Below, in pieces: positions 42,322 to 59,300 of a stretch of 64,000 nucleotides of DNA. The stretch covers positions 1 to 64,000 of the forward strand of contig JBODTK010000108.1 in NCBI GenBank assembly GCA_050613775.1, written 5' to 3'. The position numbers were made by a program, and so were the translations under genes. This DNA comes from Neocallimastix sp. 'constans'. Taxonomy: Eukaryota. The notes beneath the pieces are model-generated. The model worked only from the letters and a program-made list of their open reading frames with translations, made no database searches and was not told where the DNA came from. Numbering within the stretch: position 1 is the stretch's first letter; each line of letters opens with the position of its first letter.

Positions 42322-42498
42322 CTCAATAGTAAATATCGTTGTGACTCGCCAGCAGAATTATCTCAAGCCGTATTAAGTGAAATTCCAAATCAATTACAAT
42401 CGTTTGTGAACAAATATAACATTGTTCCATATGATAAAGAACATGCAAAATTACATCCACATTTACAATCTACATTTGATCTTTATTCTGAAGCTTAA
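39898..42498 (+). CDS. Copine (C2A-C2B-vWA); exons 39898-40449, 40729-41149, 41476-42121, 42330-42498
   Basis: C2 motifs (LSCKGL...DYYFEKVQKL; CKNLDKKDKIAGNSDPYF...KKNLNPTF). vWA motifs IGIDMSASNG, YGFG, FSGPTTF, LLITDGDV, LSIIIVGVG, RDIVNF and LSEIPNQL. Confidence 0.92.
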
Positions 42499-42544
42499 AT
42501 TTGTTTTATCTGTAGATAGATAAAAAATTGAAAAACAAAAATTG

Positions 42545-42575
<31 letters not shown>

Positions 42576-43109
42576 AAAAAAAAACAAAAAAAAAAAAAAG
42601 CATAAACAAAAATAAGAGAAATTTATAAAAATTTTTAATTTTTAATAGATTATAATAACATTTTTTTTTTTTATTTTTAACTCTTATAATATTATCTTTT
42701 TTTCTTTTTTAATTTATTTATTTATTTATTTATTTATTTATTTTTTCAATTCTATTAAAATAAATAAAAATTATTATTTTTATTATTAATTTTAATTTTA
42801 ATTTTAATTTTAATTTTAATTTTTTATTTTTTGATTTTAATGAAAATTACTATTACTATCTCTTTTTTATATATATATATATATAAAAAAAAAACTATAA
42901 ATATATATATATATTAATTTTACTTATTTATTTATATTAGTATTTTTTTTCTTTCTTTTTTTTTTTTTTTTTTTTATTTTTTTTTTATTTTTTTTTTATT
43001 TATTTTTTATTTTTTTAAAGAAAAACATCAATTTTTTTTTGTTAATCACTATATATTTATTTATTATTAATATTTTATTTATTAAAGCTTTTTTTTTTTT
43101 TTTTAAGAA

Positions 43110-43143
<34 letters not shown>

Positions 43144-43867
43144 ATAATATAATAAATTAAAAAAAAAAAAAAAAAAAACATGGAATTGACCATTGCTATA
43201 GTGTTATACACAAATAGTTTGATTATTATTGCATATTATTTTATTTATTTATTTATTTTAATTTATTTACTTATTTATTTATTTATAAATCATTATTATT
43301 ATATTTTAAGTGAAAAAAAGGATTTTATATATATATATATATAAATTATGGTATAGCCGAATGTTTAAAAAATAAATAAAAATAAAAAAAAAGATAATAG
43401 ATCATTATTATTATTATTATTATTATTACTTTTTTTTTAAAAAAAAAATTGTTAATACAAATAATATAAATTATTAATAATATTTTTCTTTTTTCTTTTT
43501 CTTTTAAATAAAATAAAATTTCAAGGTATAAAAAAAAAATAAGAAAAAATAAATAATTATATATATATATATATATTTTTTTTTTGTTTTAAATAATTAT
43601 TTAAATAATAACTCAAAGAAACATATATCTATTAATATATATATTGTAAAAAAAAAATGATGTAATTTATATATATATATATAAAACAAATGATTATAAT
43701 TAATTTTATTTTCAAATTAATAGTGTATGTATATATATTTAATAAAAATATACATATATAAATTTTTAATATATAAATTTAATATATATAATATAATATA
43801 ATAAATTGTATATTATATATTATATATCATATCCAGTTATATATTATTATATTTATTATTATTTAGA

Positions 43868-44274
43868 CTAGTTTAACATTTGTAACAAGAATGGTAAATC
43901 AGATACTGCTTTTCTAATTTCATTTTCTTGAACATGTAGAGTAAATTTTCTATTTCTTTCATCTCGTGCCTTTCCTAATGTAATGATTCCACAACTTTCT
44001 AACATAGATACTAAGTCGTTAAATTCTGATTTGGAAACAGGACTAATCATTCTATACTTTCTACATGAATTAATATATTCTGCATTTAACTATATATAAA
44101 TATATGTATATTATTATGTGATGAATATAATATTAAAAATAGTAATAAAAAAAAAAATTAAAAATTTTTAATAATACTTATTATTTTATTTAATTATATT
44201 TTTATTATTTTTTATTATTTTATTATTTTATTACTTTATTTTTTACTATTTTATTTTATCTTTGTTTATTATTT

Positions 44275-44344
<70 letters not shown>

Positions 44345-44700
44345 TTTCCAACAACATTTTCTTCCTTTTTATTTAAAATATTCATCATTGCACATACTAT
44401 AACTTTTTGTTGAACATTTAATCCTTTTAATTTTTGAACTGAGGCTGATCCAAATGCATTATTGGTTGCTTTAAGAATATGCATAATGGTAACTTGTGGA
44501 ACTTCACTGATTGAAGTAATTGGGGTATCATAAGTAGCAGCTTTCTTTAAAAATATTGAATTTTCTTTTACTGGTTGAGTTGGTTTTCTTTTTAATAGAA
44601 TTGTTTTATTTCTTAAATCTGCTTCAGCAAATTCAATTGCTTGTCTATTCATAAGAAAAATAATATAAAAATATATGATTTTTTTTATAATAAATAAATG

Positions 44701-44733
<33 letters not shown>

Positions 44734-44880
44734 TTTTAGTTTCATTAAAAATATAATATTATAATATTGTTTTTTAGTTTTTATTTTTTTTTATTTATTT
44801 ATTCAATTTATTCATTAATTTTCCTTAATTAATTCTTCATTTATTCTTTTTAATTATTTTTTTCTTTTTCTTTCTTTCTT

Positions 44881-44924
<44 letters not shown>

Positions 44925-46407
44925 ATATATATATATATAAACTTACTTGCATACATCCAAAGCTTTTCTTAAATCGCCTGTACCAGCTATTTTTCTTGAA
45001 CAGAGTTCAATTGCTGAAGCTTGAATTAAATAATCTTGTGGTTTAGTTTTAGTCTTCTCTTCATCAATAACTATTATATTATTATTATTTTCACAATTTT
45101 CATTATTTTCATTATTAATAACTTTTTTATTGAGAATATCTAAACGATCCTTTATAATATTAATCATATCTTTCATTTCATATGGATTGAAATTAAGATA
45201 TTGAGGTTCACAATTTTTAGCTTTTAATCTTGGTAAAAAGCGATCAGTCATATTAAGTGCGTTAGCAATACCAATAATTGAAAGTCGCGAATTTGATTTA
45301 ATTGGCCATTCAAACAACTTATATAATACCTCTTGATCTCTTGTATTTAAATAATCAATTTCATCCAATATACAAACACTAATTATAAATAAAAATTAAT
45401 AAATATAAATTTCATTAATAATTATTTCACTTATTTCTATTCGTAATTTAAAAATTTTAATTTATATTATTACTATTTATATATTTACTATTTTGGTGTA
45501 TCTTTTCTTATTTTTTGTGGAACAAATAAAGAATCTAAGGCACTAATAATTTCTGATTCTTCTGTTGATTGATTTCTTGGACTAAAATCTTCTAATAATT
45601 TTTTATATATCATTTTTGGATTTTTAAGTGACATACAATTTATATTTGTTACGTGAATTTTATGTGAAATCTATTATATATAAAAAAAAGTATTGATTTT
45701 TTTGTTAACATTACTTTAATATATATATAATTATTTACTCTATACTTTATTATAATTTTTGTTATATAAAAATACCTTTGGATGTTCTTCTTCAACCATT
45801 TTCATTGTAATATGACTAATTAAAGCACTTTTTCCTGTTCCCGGACAACCTGAAATGTAAAGTGATGACGTTTGATCACCACAAATGTATTTTTTCCAAA
45901 AGTTTATAATAAATTCCTTTTCTTTTTCTCTACCAATAAATCTTGGTAATGAACTTCTACTGAATAAATATTTAGCCTCTTGATAAATTAACGCTGGTGT
46001 TAAAACTCTATTTTTTTTATCATTTTCTTTATCTAATTTTGTTTGCTTTTTAGTCTCTAATAATTTTGAATTGCCTATTATTATATATATAATCAATAAT
46101 ATTAATTTATTAATATTATATTTTAATTTAAAATATTAAAATATTACGTTGTTTAAATAAATATATATATATATAACAGATATAATATTTGAAAATTACG
46201 TTTCGATTGACGAAAAACGCCAAGTAAAGATTTTTCAGATTTTCGTGTTTGAACATTATTTATTTCAGCTAGTATCTTTCTTTTTTTAGGTGCTGAAACT
46301 GTTTTATTTAATTTTTCTCTTTTAGCATTTTCATTTATAACTTCATCAAGTTTTTTCTGTCTATTTGCTATTCTTGCACTTTTTCTTAATACTTGAGTTG
46401 AAGCCAT
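43868..46407 (-). CDS. CDC6: Cell division control protein 6 (AAA+ replication licensing ATPase), multi-exon
   Basis: GREKE, Walker A SLYISGCPGTGKS, INCMSL, Walker B LDEIDYL, LYKLFEWP, IGIANALNMTDRFLPRL, TGDLRKALDVC, and a C-terminal winged-helix-like segment. Confidence 0.93.
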
Positions 46408-47225
46408 GTTTGTCTATTATTATTATTATTATTATTAAATATATTACTTTTATTGCTGACTATTATTATTTTTTATTTAATAAAAGATTTATGAATTGAT
46501 AATATAAATTTCTTTTATAATTATCTTTAAAATCTTTTTTCTTTTATACTCTTACACTTTATATATTATCTTTTTTTAATATATATTTAATATATATATT
46601 AAGATAAATTTTATATTTAATTAATGATATATCACTTTATAAATAATTTATTCTTATATTTTAATAGATAAATTAAAAAAAAAAAAAAAGATTAAAATAA
46701 TCTAAAATTTCTATTTTTATTAATTATTATTTTTTATGTTTTATGCGCAGAGAAAATTTTTTTTTTTTTTTTTTTTTATTATATTTTGCAATATATTAAA
46801 AAATTACATAAAAAAATAAAATAATTAATAAATTAATTAATAGTAGTAAAAATTTATATATTTTTTAATATATATATAAAAATAAAAAATAATAATAATA
46901 AAACAATTCGTAATTAGTTATAATAAAATTATAAATATTCTTTTTTTATAATTAAATATATTTTAAATCATTCATTGACTTTATTGTTAAATCTATTTGA
47001 TAATTCGAAAATGTATTAGTCTTTAAATTACATTTTTCATTTAAAATAATAGAATATTTGTAATAAAAAAAAATTCTTTTATGTTAAACTGTACAATTAT
47101 TATATAAAATTAATGTACAAAAATCTATAAAATATTTAAATATAATAGAAAAGCTAGTTGGCCCAGTATGGGCAAAGCACAAAATTTTAACCAATAATAT
47201 TAAAGAATCAATGGACAATGCTGTC

Positions 47226-47256
<31 letters not shown>

Positions 47257-49152
47257 CAAAAATATTAATGAATATAAGATTTTGAATATTTAAATGATTC
47301 TATTATTTTTATATTTTCATATTATCAAAATATAATAAATATTTAATTATATATAATTAAAAATTATGTATATATAATTTTAAGATATTAAATTACTACT
47401 TTCAAGATTATTTGACAGAAAGAGTATTATAATATTTTAATATCCTAGTTCTAAAATATATTATATAACAATAAATAATAATAAATAATGATAGTAATAA
47501 ATGATAATAATAAATGTTAATAATAAATGTTAATAAATAATAATAATATTATTATTATTATTTGAAATATAATAGATTTTATTTGAAAATAAATATAATA
47601 TATTAAGTGTAATACTGTTTAAAGTTATTAAAAATAATCATCAAAATAAATTTAGAATAATTTTAAATAAATTTTAATATTAAAAATTTTCATTATTATT
47701 AATAATTAAATAACTAGTTTTTTTTTTTTTTTTTTTTGTGTAATATTATATATAATTAAAAAATACCTTTAAAAATATTATTAATGTTAAAAGTAATTAT
47801 AAAATAAATGTTTAAATACTAAAGAAATATATAATTATTTTATTATTATTACTTTTATTTTATTATTAATATATATTAATTTTTATCTTTAATTTTTATT
47901 TTATAATACCTATTATTATTTATCACATAATAATATTTTTATTAGAATAATTATTGTATTTCAATTTTTGTTTGATCATCTCTGTTTTTTTTAATATTGA
48001 ATAATATAATTTTATTGAATTTTTTATCACATATCACATAATAATATTATTTCACGGAGTCATTGTATTTTAATTTTTGTTTTATCTTTATTTAAACAAA
48101 AGTTTACAATAAAAAGTTTTGTTTTATTTTATAAAAATTAATTATTTTTTTTATATAAATAAATAATGTTTAAATATAAATTATATGAATTAAAATAATC
48201 ACTTGATAAACACGTTTTGTAATAATAAATTAAGTAATTTATACAAAATAATCATATTTTTATTAATTATTAATTATTTTTATAAATCATTTAACTTTAA
48301 ACAATTTTTATATAAATATAATTAATTAATTTAAACGAATAAAATTAAAGATAAAAAAATTTTTTTTTAAAAAAATAATATCAGTTATAATTCTTATTAA
48401 CATTAAATTAATTTTCTTATTGACGTTTGAACTGTACCGTTAGTATTCTATATAAAGTACTTTTTCAATTTATTAATAAGTAGGAAAAAAAAAAAGGTAA
48501 TATTGATTTTTTTTTTTATTTTATTATTGTTATATAACAGTTTTATTAAATATTAAATATTTATTAGTTTTATTAAAGTTTATGACATATTTACTATGTA
48601 AAGTAATTAACATTAGAAATGTTTTTTTTTTTCTGTATTATAAATACCCCAATATTTTTCTTTAAAAAAAAAAAAAAAAAGAAATTAAGTAGAATTAAAA
48701 TAAAATATAAAGTAGTTTTTATAATTGATAAAATTAATATTTAGTTTTAGATTTTAGAAATTTTATATATTATTATTATTATTTATATATATATATATTT
48801 TATTTTATTTTATTTTATTTTTTATTACTTTTATTTTATAATTTATATATATATCAATAGTATATATATAAATTTAATTTTAATATAGATGATTAAATAT
48901 TCATTTTTATTTTGATGATTATTTAATTCTTTTATTTATTTTTTTTTAAATATATTCCATTATATTATTGACATGTTTCATATTAAAATCTTGATAATTT
49001 CTTTTTCAATTAAATCGTATTAATTAATCAAAATGCTTCAATATTGGAATATATATTTTCTTTAAAAATAAATGAATATATATATATTTTTATATATATC
49101 TTCACATTAGAATTAATTGCAGCATACAATACACATAAAGGTATTTTATAAA

Positions 49153-50393
<1,241 letters not shown>

Positions 50394-51098
50394 TTAGACC
50401 ATAAAAAAATAGTAATATCATATTATGGGTTTATTATGTAATTGTTAAAAATAGCAGATTATCAGTTTCTCTATAAAAAGAAATAATAATAATAGAAATA
50501 TATTTATTAATTTAATCATTTTTTTATTTATTAATTTATTTATTTAATTTTTTATTGAGTATTATTTTTAATTATTATTTATTATAAAGTATTTTTATTA
50601 GAAATGATTTACATTTTTATTTAATTAGATATATTTATTTAATTGTTATATAATATTATTTTATATACAAATTTTATTTAATAGCAATAATAAAATTTGA
50701 AATAAAACAAATAATTATATAAAACATTAAAACTTTATTATGAAGAATTAAGTGTATAAATTATTCAATAATTTTTAATAATATAAAAATATATTATTAA
50801 AACTTTAATATATTATATAATATATAAAGATCAAATAATTTTTAATGTTATATTAATATACTGTACCAATATTAAAATCATTATAATTGAAATTATTAAT
50901 AAAAAAAAAAAAAAAATTTTTTTTATATAATATTTTATTCTTTTTTTAAAATATATATTCTTATTTATGTTAATTAAGTAAATTTAAAATTTGACATTAA
51001 AATTTAATTTTTATAATTGAAGAATTTATAAAGTCTTTAAAAGTTATAGTTTTTTTTTTTTTTATTATTTGTTTATTTCTTTTAATATAAAAAAAATA

Positions 51099-52238
51099 AT
51101 GGAAAAAACGAATTCACTACAAGCGAAACATTTCTTTCCCTCCGGTCCTAATAAATTCAAGGATCCAAGAGTTACAGTATGGATTTCATATTTAATAATT
51201 GAATAATTATATATATAAAATTTTATTTCTTTAATATTAAATAAAAACATTAATATTATAAATAAAATGAAATTTTTAAAATTGTTATAATAATATAAAT
51301 AATTTGAAAAAATACTTATTTTATTTTATTTTTTTTTTTTAATGAATTATTAAATATAAAATTAGTTTATACAAGAAACTGAGAAATATGTTTTTAAAGA
51401 TGATTCTCAAAATCTTTCTTATGAATGGGATGACGATAAAAAAGCTTGGTTTCCAATGGTATTTTAATTTTTTTTTTTTCTTTTATTATTATATTATATT
51501 ATATTTTATTTTTTATTATTTAAAAAAAATATATATATATATTTAATGGACAATTCATTAATGAATTTACAATTTCCAATTAATATTTTGAAAAAAAAAT
51601 TTTTTATAATTAAAGTGGAATGAACAATTAATGGCATCACAACAATCTGCTTATAGTGTAGAAGGTGTTGATGAAACTGTATGTATATTATTATAATATC
51701 AATAATACCATCAAATATTATATGATTATTTCATAATAAATGGTATTAACTTAAAAAATTATATTTACATATGCATATATTTTTATTATATTAAATTAAA
51801 GGAAGAAGTTATAAAACCAAAAGATAAAAGAAAAGCTAAAATTTATACAATGGAGGATGAGGTACAATATATTTTAAATATATATTATTAATAAAAAAAT
51901 TTGAATTGTTTAAAAGTTTATTAAATTTATATAAAAATTTAAAATCAATTTTTTTAAAAAAAATTATTAATTAATTAAAATTTCATTTAAAATGGTAAAC
52001 TTTTTTTATATGTTATATTTATTATAAATATTGTATATCATAGTCAGCAAAAAAAAAGCCAAAAGTAGAAAGAAAGAAAATTATAACATCAGTATATGTT
52101 TCAGGATTACCTTTCGATACAACATTAGAAGAAATGAAAGAGGTATTTTCAAAATATGGAATTATATCGGAAGATATTAATACAGGTTAGTAATTATTGT
52201 GATTATATTTTAATAATGATAATAACAATGATATACCA

Positions 52239-52292
<54 letters not shown>

Positions 52293-52885
52293 CATTATTA
52301 TTATTATTATTATTATTATTTCTATTTTTTTTTTTTTTTTTTTTACAATAATATTATTATAATTATTGATATTTTTATTATATTCATGCAAATTTAAATT
52401 AGGTCAGCCAAGAATAAAGTTATATAAAGACAGTGAAGGAAATTTGAAAGGTGATGGTCTTGTTACTTTTTTAAAACCAGAATCGGTTGAATTATGTATA
52501 AACTTATTAGATGAAGCTGATTTTAGGATAGGAGAAAACTCAAAAATCAGAGTTCAGAAAGTAATTTAATAAATTATTTCAATCAATATTGTTATATTAT
52601 TATTTTTAATTCTTTTTCTTCATAATATTATTATAAATTTTATATATTAATTCTTCTTCTTCTTCTTCTTCTTCTTATTATTATTATTTTATTTAATATT
52701 TTTTCCTTGTAAATAAATAAATAAATAAATAAATAAAAAAAAAAAAAAAAAAAAATAGGCTGAATTTAAAGAAAAAGAAAAAACTAACGATCATAATAAC
52801 AACAAAAATCAAGATAAAAGAAAAATTCAACAAAAAATAATAAAACAACAAAAGTAAATAATTTATTTGTAATATATATGTTGAA

Positions 52886-52922
<37 letters not shown>

Positions 52923-53166
52923 TTATTTATTTTTTTTAATTTCAATAATTATCTCGAATGAATATTAAAATTAATTAAAAAATTAAATTTTATTTATAAT
53001 ATATTTATAAAGAAAATTAGATTGGTTTGATGAAACAACTGGTAAAAGAGCAGAAAAATCAAAGAAAGTAATGATATTAAAAAATATGTTTACTGTAGAA
53101 GAAATAGAGGTATGGTTATATATATATATATATAAATTTCAATATTTATTTTTTCTTTACTGATAA

Positions 53167-53204
<38 letters not shown>

Positions 53205-53763
53205 TTAAAATTAACAGGAAGATCCATCATTAATTTTAGATTTAAAGGAAGATGTTAGAACTGAATGTGAAAACTTTGGTGAAGTAACCAATGTTGTGTT
53301 ATATGAAGTATTTTTTTTTTTTTTTTTTTTTAATATTAAAGTTATAATTTATTAATTAAATAAAATATAAATAAATATAAATAATAAATAAATAATTTTT
53401 TTTTTTTTAAATTATAGAAAAATCCTGAAGGTGTCATATCTGTAAGGTTTAAGGATGAACTTAGTGTAATAATTTGTATAAAGGTAATTTATTTATAATA
53501 AAGTAAAAATAAAATTAATATTTATATATTTATATGATCTGATATTAATATAAATAATAATAAATTAATAGAAAATGAATGGTAGATATTTTGGTGGAAA
53601 AAGAATAGTTGCAGAAGTTTATGATGGAAAGACTAAATATAAGGTTGAAAATCCATTGGAAGATAAAGAAGAAGAAGAAAGAAAACGGTCTGAAAGATAT
53701 AGAAAATTTTTAAATCAACAAAATGAAGAAGAACAAAAAGATTCAACTAGTGAAAATAATTAA
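51099..53763 (+). CDS. HTATSF1: HTATSF1/Tat-SF1 (Cus2/Uap2) U2 snRNP factor, RRM + UHM, many short exons
   Basis: YEWDDDKKAWFP, TSVYVSGLPFD, PRIKLYKD...KGDGLVTFLKPESVEL, LKNMFT, DLKEDVRTECENFGEV and MNGRYFGGKRIVA. Confidence 0.9.
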
Positions 53764-54058
53764 ATCAAAATGGAAGCAAAAAATAAATTCCATTCGTTTT
53801 TATAATTTTTTTTTTTTTTTTTTTTTATTGATTTAATATTAGTAATAAATGAATATAATTTAATTATAATAGTAATGGTATTAATATTACTATTACTATT
53901 ATTATTCTAATCATGAAAAAAAAAATAACAAATAAATAAAAATAATTTTTTTAACAATTTATTATATATGTTTAATTATATGTATATATTATATATATAT
54001 TGCCGATAAATATTTTTAAATATTTTTATTTATATTTAAATGCTTAATAAGATATTAG

Positions 54059-54094
<36 letters not shown>

Positions 54095-56339
54095 TTAAAT
54101 AAAAAAATTTAATTGATTTTTATTTTGAACTCCAATATATTTAATTTTTCCATTGGTAAATATTATAATTTTTGAACAATATTTATATAAATGAATATAT
54201 TTTTGGATGACATGTATATCACTTTTTGATTTAGCACAACCACATTCATATGATTTATGTAGTACACATTCCTCTAATTGTAATGAATAGAAATAATTAT
54301 TAGGATCATTTCCTTTCCTCTTTATTACATAATATACTTTATCCCACATGAATAGTATTATTATTAATAAATAAGCCAAACTATTTAAAGAACGGTTAAA
54401 ATTATTGTATAAATATCCTTTATCGTAGATGGTTATATAACTTGCCAACTATTTTTTTGTATTTTTTTTTTTTTTTTTTTTTTCATAAATGATAATAATA
54501 ATTATAATAATAATATTATCATCAACATTAGCGTTAAATATAATAAAACAAAAAAGATTTATAAGTTAATAATCAAATATAATAATTCTTACATTTACTA
54601 GAGGTCCTAATGTAAACCATGTAATTGAGGAATAACCAATATATTTTATACATTTAAAAATAAAAGTATAATTCCATATGGATGTGGCTAATATTATAAT
54701 GTATAACATTAATAAAGATTCAGTAAGATCTGCTATAATATCATAATGAATTAAAGGACATTGATATTTCCATTTACCATTATATTCTTGAATATATTCT
54801 TTTTCCTTCAAGCTATTAAATATTATCAATAATAATATAGTAATACAACAAATAAAATAGAGTATGATTATTTCTAAATATAATGAATGAACATATGAAA
54901 TACTTTTATTTAATTTTTTAAAGACTTGTTGAATGTCATCATTTGAAAAACTTTTATTGTCATTACTTGATCTTTTTTTATTTTTATCATCTTCACCATC
55001 ATCACTATTATTATTAAAATTATTATTAGCTTTGTTACACCAATAATTTAATTCCTTTTCAAAATTCATTAAATTATTTTGGGAGTTTAGTAAATCGAGG
55101 GCGTTATAATTATCCATACTCATTAATTCCTGTTCAATATTAATCATAATAGTTTTTTTAATTTGGGTCATTCTCTGTTTCTTTATTATTTCAAGATTTT
55201 GTTCATCTTTTGTTTCAAGGGAATTAGTTTTAAAAATGTCTAAATTTAGTGTATTGATTTCTTTAAAATCCATTCCTAACCTATATCCAGTATAAATGTA
55301 GACTAAAAGTATTGAATAAATTATTAATATTCCACCGTGTTTCAAATAAAAGTTCATCGAACAACTGAGGTAACTTGAGAAACAATTAAAATTAATACTT
55401 AAAAAGCATAATATCATTCCTAATAATAATAATTCACATTTAAAATATCCAGTATCAGCAATAATTTTTTGTTTTTTATTAATTGAAATGAAAATCATTA
55501 AAATAATTATGAAGAATATAATTGTAAAAGAAATTATATAGCTATATTCATTTCTGTTAATAAAAAAAAAATGTATATAAATATATTAATATATAAATAT
55601 ATAATAAATATAAATATATAAATATATAATAAATATAAAAGGGTAAAATAAATAAAAATATATATAATTATATGAATAATTTTATATTAGTATATAGATA
55701 GTATTTATAATTAGAAATTATATACTTTTAAATATTAATTATTTGATATAGATATAGATATATATTATTTTAATTTTTATTTTTATTTTTATTTTTTTTT
55801 ATTTTTTTTTTTATATTTTATTTTATTTTATTTTTATTTTATTTTTATTTATTTTTTTCTTTTAAATTGAATTTGTATTAACATACTTCAATTCGGCATA
55901 ATCTTTTGTCTGACAATAATAGCCTTTCCATCCAGGTAAACATTCACAGTGATTTAAGTATTCACTATTTATATTACTGTAATTACTTTTTATACAGATA
56001 GCGTGTTCTTCTGAAACAGGACAATTTGTATTACATATTGGATTTTCACAGAAAAAATAATTTTTTAAGTTTATTTTAATTTGTTCATTATCACAGTCTA
56101 ATATATCAAATTTTAATCTATCATTTTCAAAAATAATGTTGTATTCATTATTGTCTACTGATAATTTAAATTCCAATATTCCTGCCATATCGGAGTATAT
56201 CTTAAAATTATTCATTTCACATACACCTTTAATGGATAAATGTTTTTTTAATTAAAATAATTATATTAATAATTAATTACTGTTATTTCATTTATATTCT
56301 AAAATTATCTTCAAATATATAAATTAATTATAAAACATA

Positions 56340-56373
<34 letters not shown>

Positions 56374-59300
56374 TTGAAAAAAATATTACCTCTCAAAAAA
56401 CTACAACTATTACCAAATACCAAAATATTTCTTTTATTAAGAGTATTATTATTATTTATTGGAAGAATTTGTAAAACAATACTTGAATAAAATTTTGATA
56501 TATCAGTGACTAATTGATCAAATTTGTCAACTACATTGAATCGTAATATATAAGTTTGTCCTGATTTTATTGGTATTGTATCAGAAAGTGGATTTAAATC
56601 TATATTTGTATTTATATCTATATCTATATTTATCTTATATGGCTTTGAAGCGTAGTCTTTGCCATGAGATTCTGATGTATTATTTAATGATACTATATTT
56701 TGTATATTTTTCTCTGTATTATTGAAAAAAATATTATTATTATTATTACTATTATTATTTATATAGAAAACTCCACCAGCATACGCTTTATTTTCCTTAA
56801 ATTCTATATTTTCAATATTTTCAATATTTAAATTTTCAAAATCAGAATAAATAACACCTCCAAAATATTTTGCTTCGTTTCTTATAAAATTTGAATCTTT
56901 TATAACTATTTTATTTTTATTTTCATTTTTATTTTCATTTTTATTTTCATTTTCATTTTTATTTTCATTTTTATTTTCAATTTTATTTTCATTTTCATTT
57001 TCATTTTCATTTTCACTATTTCTCATATTATTCTCTTTTTTTACATATATCACACCTCCATTTAAAGCATAATTATTTTGGAAAAGAGAAGAAGAAATTG
57101 TTAAATTCAAATAATCATTTTCCATAAAACATCTAACATATAAAAATACCAAAAAACCATAATATATATATAAAAGGAATATTTATATTTATATAGCAAA
57201 TATTTATTAATTAGTTTAATAAATTAATATATATATATATATTTTTTTTAATGTTAAAACTTACAATGAACCACCATTATTTTTTAATGTATTATTTACA
57301 AATGTTGAATTATTAATTTCCATACTGATATTATTATAATTCGTAATTAACCCACATTTCAATTTATTTGTATTTCTAATATTAGTTATGGATGTATTAT
57401 TTATATATAGTTCTGTCTAATATATATATAATTTTTTTATTAAAATAACAATTATAATATATTTTGATGTTATAAAGAAATATGTATATTAATTGAAACA
57501 TTAATATTATTAATAATAATAAGATGTTGATATAATATAATATAATATAGTATAATATATAAAATAAATATATAGAACCTTCATTGAAAAATTATTTATT
57601 AAAGAACCGTATGATGTAATGCTATTAATTAATACATTCTCTATTTCTATATATGTTCTACCTCCACTAATTTTAATTAAATCCCCATTTGATCTACAAT
57701 AATTAATTGAAACGTCTTTTATTATAATTTTATTTAAATCAATACTTGACTGAAAACTAATTAAAGATGAATCATCTCTGTCACCATTACATAAAATATT
57801 TTCAAAAGAAGAATGTTCAATCAATAATGAATTAAACATTAATTCAATCATTGCTTTTGAATTCGTGGTAATATCATTAAATGAAGTTTCATTTAATGAA
57901 ATAGTAGATTGATTATTAAATAAACTACTTCTTAAAGATCTTTATAAAAATAAAATAATATATCAAATTAATAATATATCTTCTTTATTTTTATTTTTTT
58001 TTTTGATTTATATATATATTTAAATAAAATAAATTTATTTTATTAATTATTGTAATAGTTAATATTTTAATTTTTTAGATTACGTTATATTTCTAAATGT
58101 TGATTGATAAATATCAATAATAGAATATTTTAAATTTAATAAAACAGGAGTAGAAGATCTACTAATAATGTTAGAAAAATGTGAATTTTCGATACTAATA
58201 TAATTATATTCTCCATCAATCAATGCATCAATATCTTTTTTTTTTTTTTAATTTATTTATTGTAATTAATTAAAAATAGTTAAAAGTTAAATTTATGATC
58301 ATAATTTAAAAATGATATTATTGAAAAAAAAAAAAATAATAAAAAAAAAAAAATAATAAAAAATAAAAAGATAGAATATACCATCAAAGTATGAATTTTT
58401 AATAGTTGTATGTAAAAAATATTTATAATATTCAAAATGCATTAATGAAGTTATTAAATATTCTGCATTTGTATGACAATTTATAAATGTAGTGTTATAA
58501 ATGCTAAAATATTATTACATTTTTTTTTATTAATTATTAATTATTAATTATTATTATTTTCATCATTAAATATATTAATATGTATGAATTTTTTATTATG
58601 ATATTATGAAATAATTAAATAATAATACTAGTAATAATAATAATAATAAATTATTAAATTTAAAAGTTATTTTACAGTAGTTGAGTATCTGAAGTTCTTA
58701 TTAATGGTCTATTTAATTGAACATTAATATCTTCTAATTTTGAATTTGAAATTGTTAGCTTATTTCCACTTTTTAAAGATTGTAAAAAGGAACTATATTG
58801 ATCATTACTTCCAAGAATATTTTTAAAATAACCTTTATATGTATAAAATAATTGAATGAAGAAATAATAAAATAATCATTAATCAATTCTTTTTTTTTTC
58901 TTTTTTTTTTTTATTTTTTTTTTTTTGTTTTTTTTGTTTTTTTTGTTTTTTTTGTTTTTTGCTTTGTTTTTTATTTATCCATTTATATTTATAATATTTT
59001 TTGATATTCTATGACAATAAATATTCAATATATAAATAATGTAATTACAATTATCAAACGTTGCAGAACCATTTAATATAGTTCCTATATAATTATTATT
59101 TTGAAAGTAACAATAATTAAAGCTAATTGCAAAGAAATTTTCAAATTTATTAATATTTAATATTTTAGAATTGAAATGATGTAATTTAAATACTTCGTTT
59201 ATATTTCTTTGTCAAGTAGAAAAAAAAAAATTATTTAGATAATGAGTAAAATATATATATTTAATATTATTTAGACATATATATATATTTATATTTTTCT

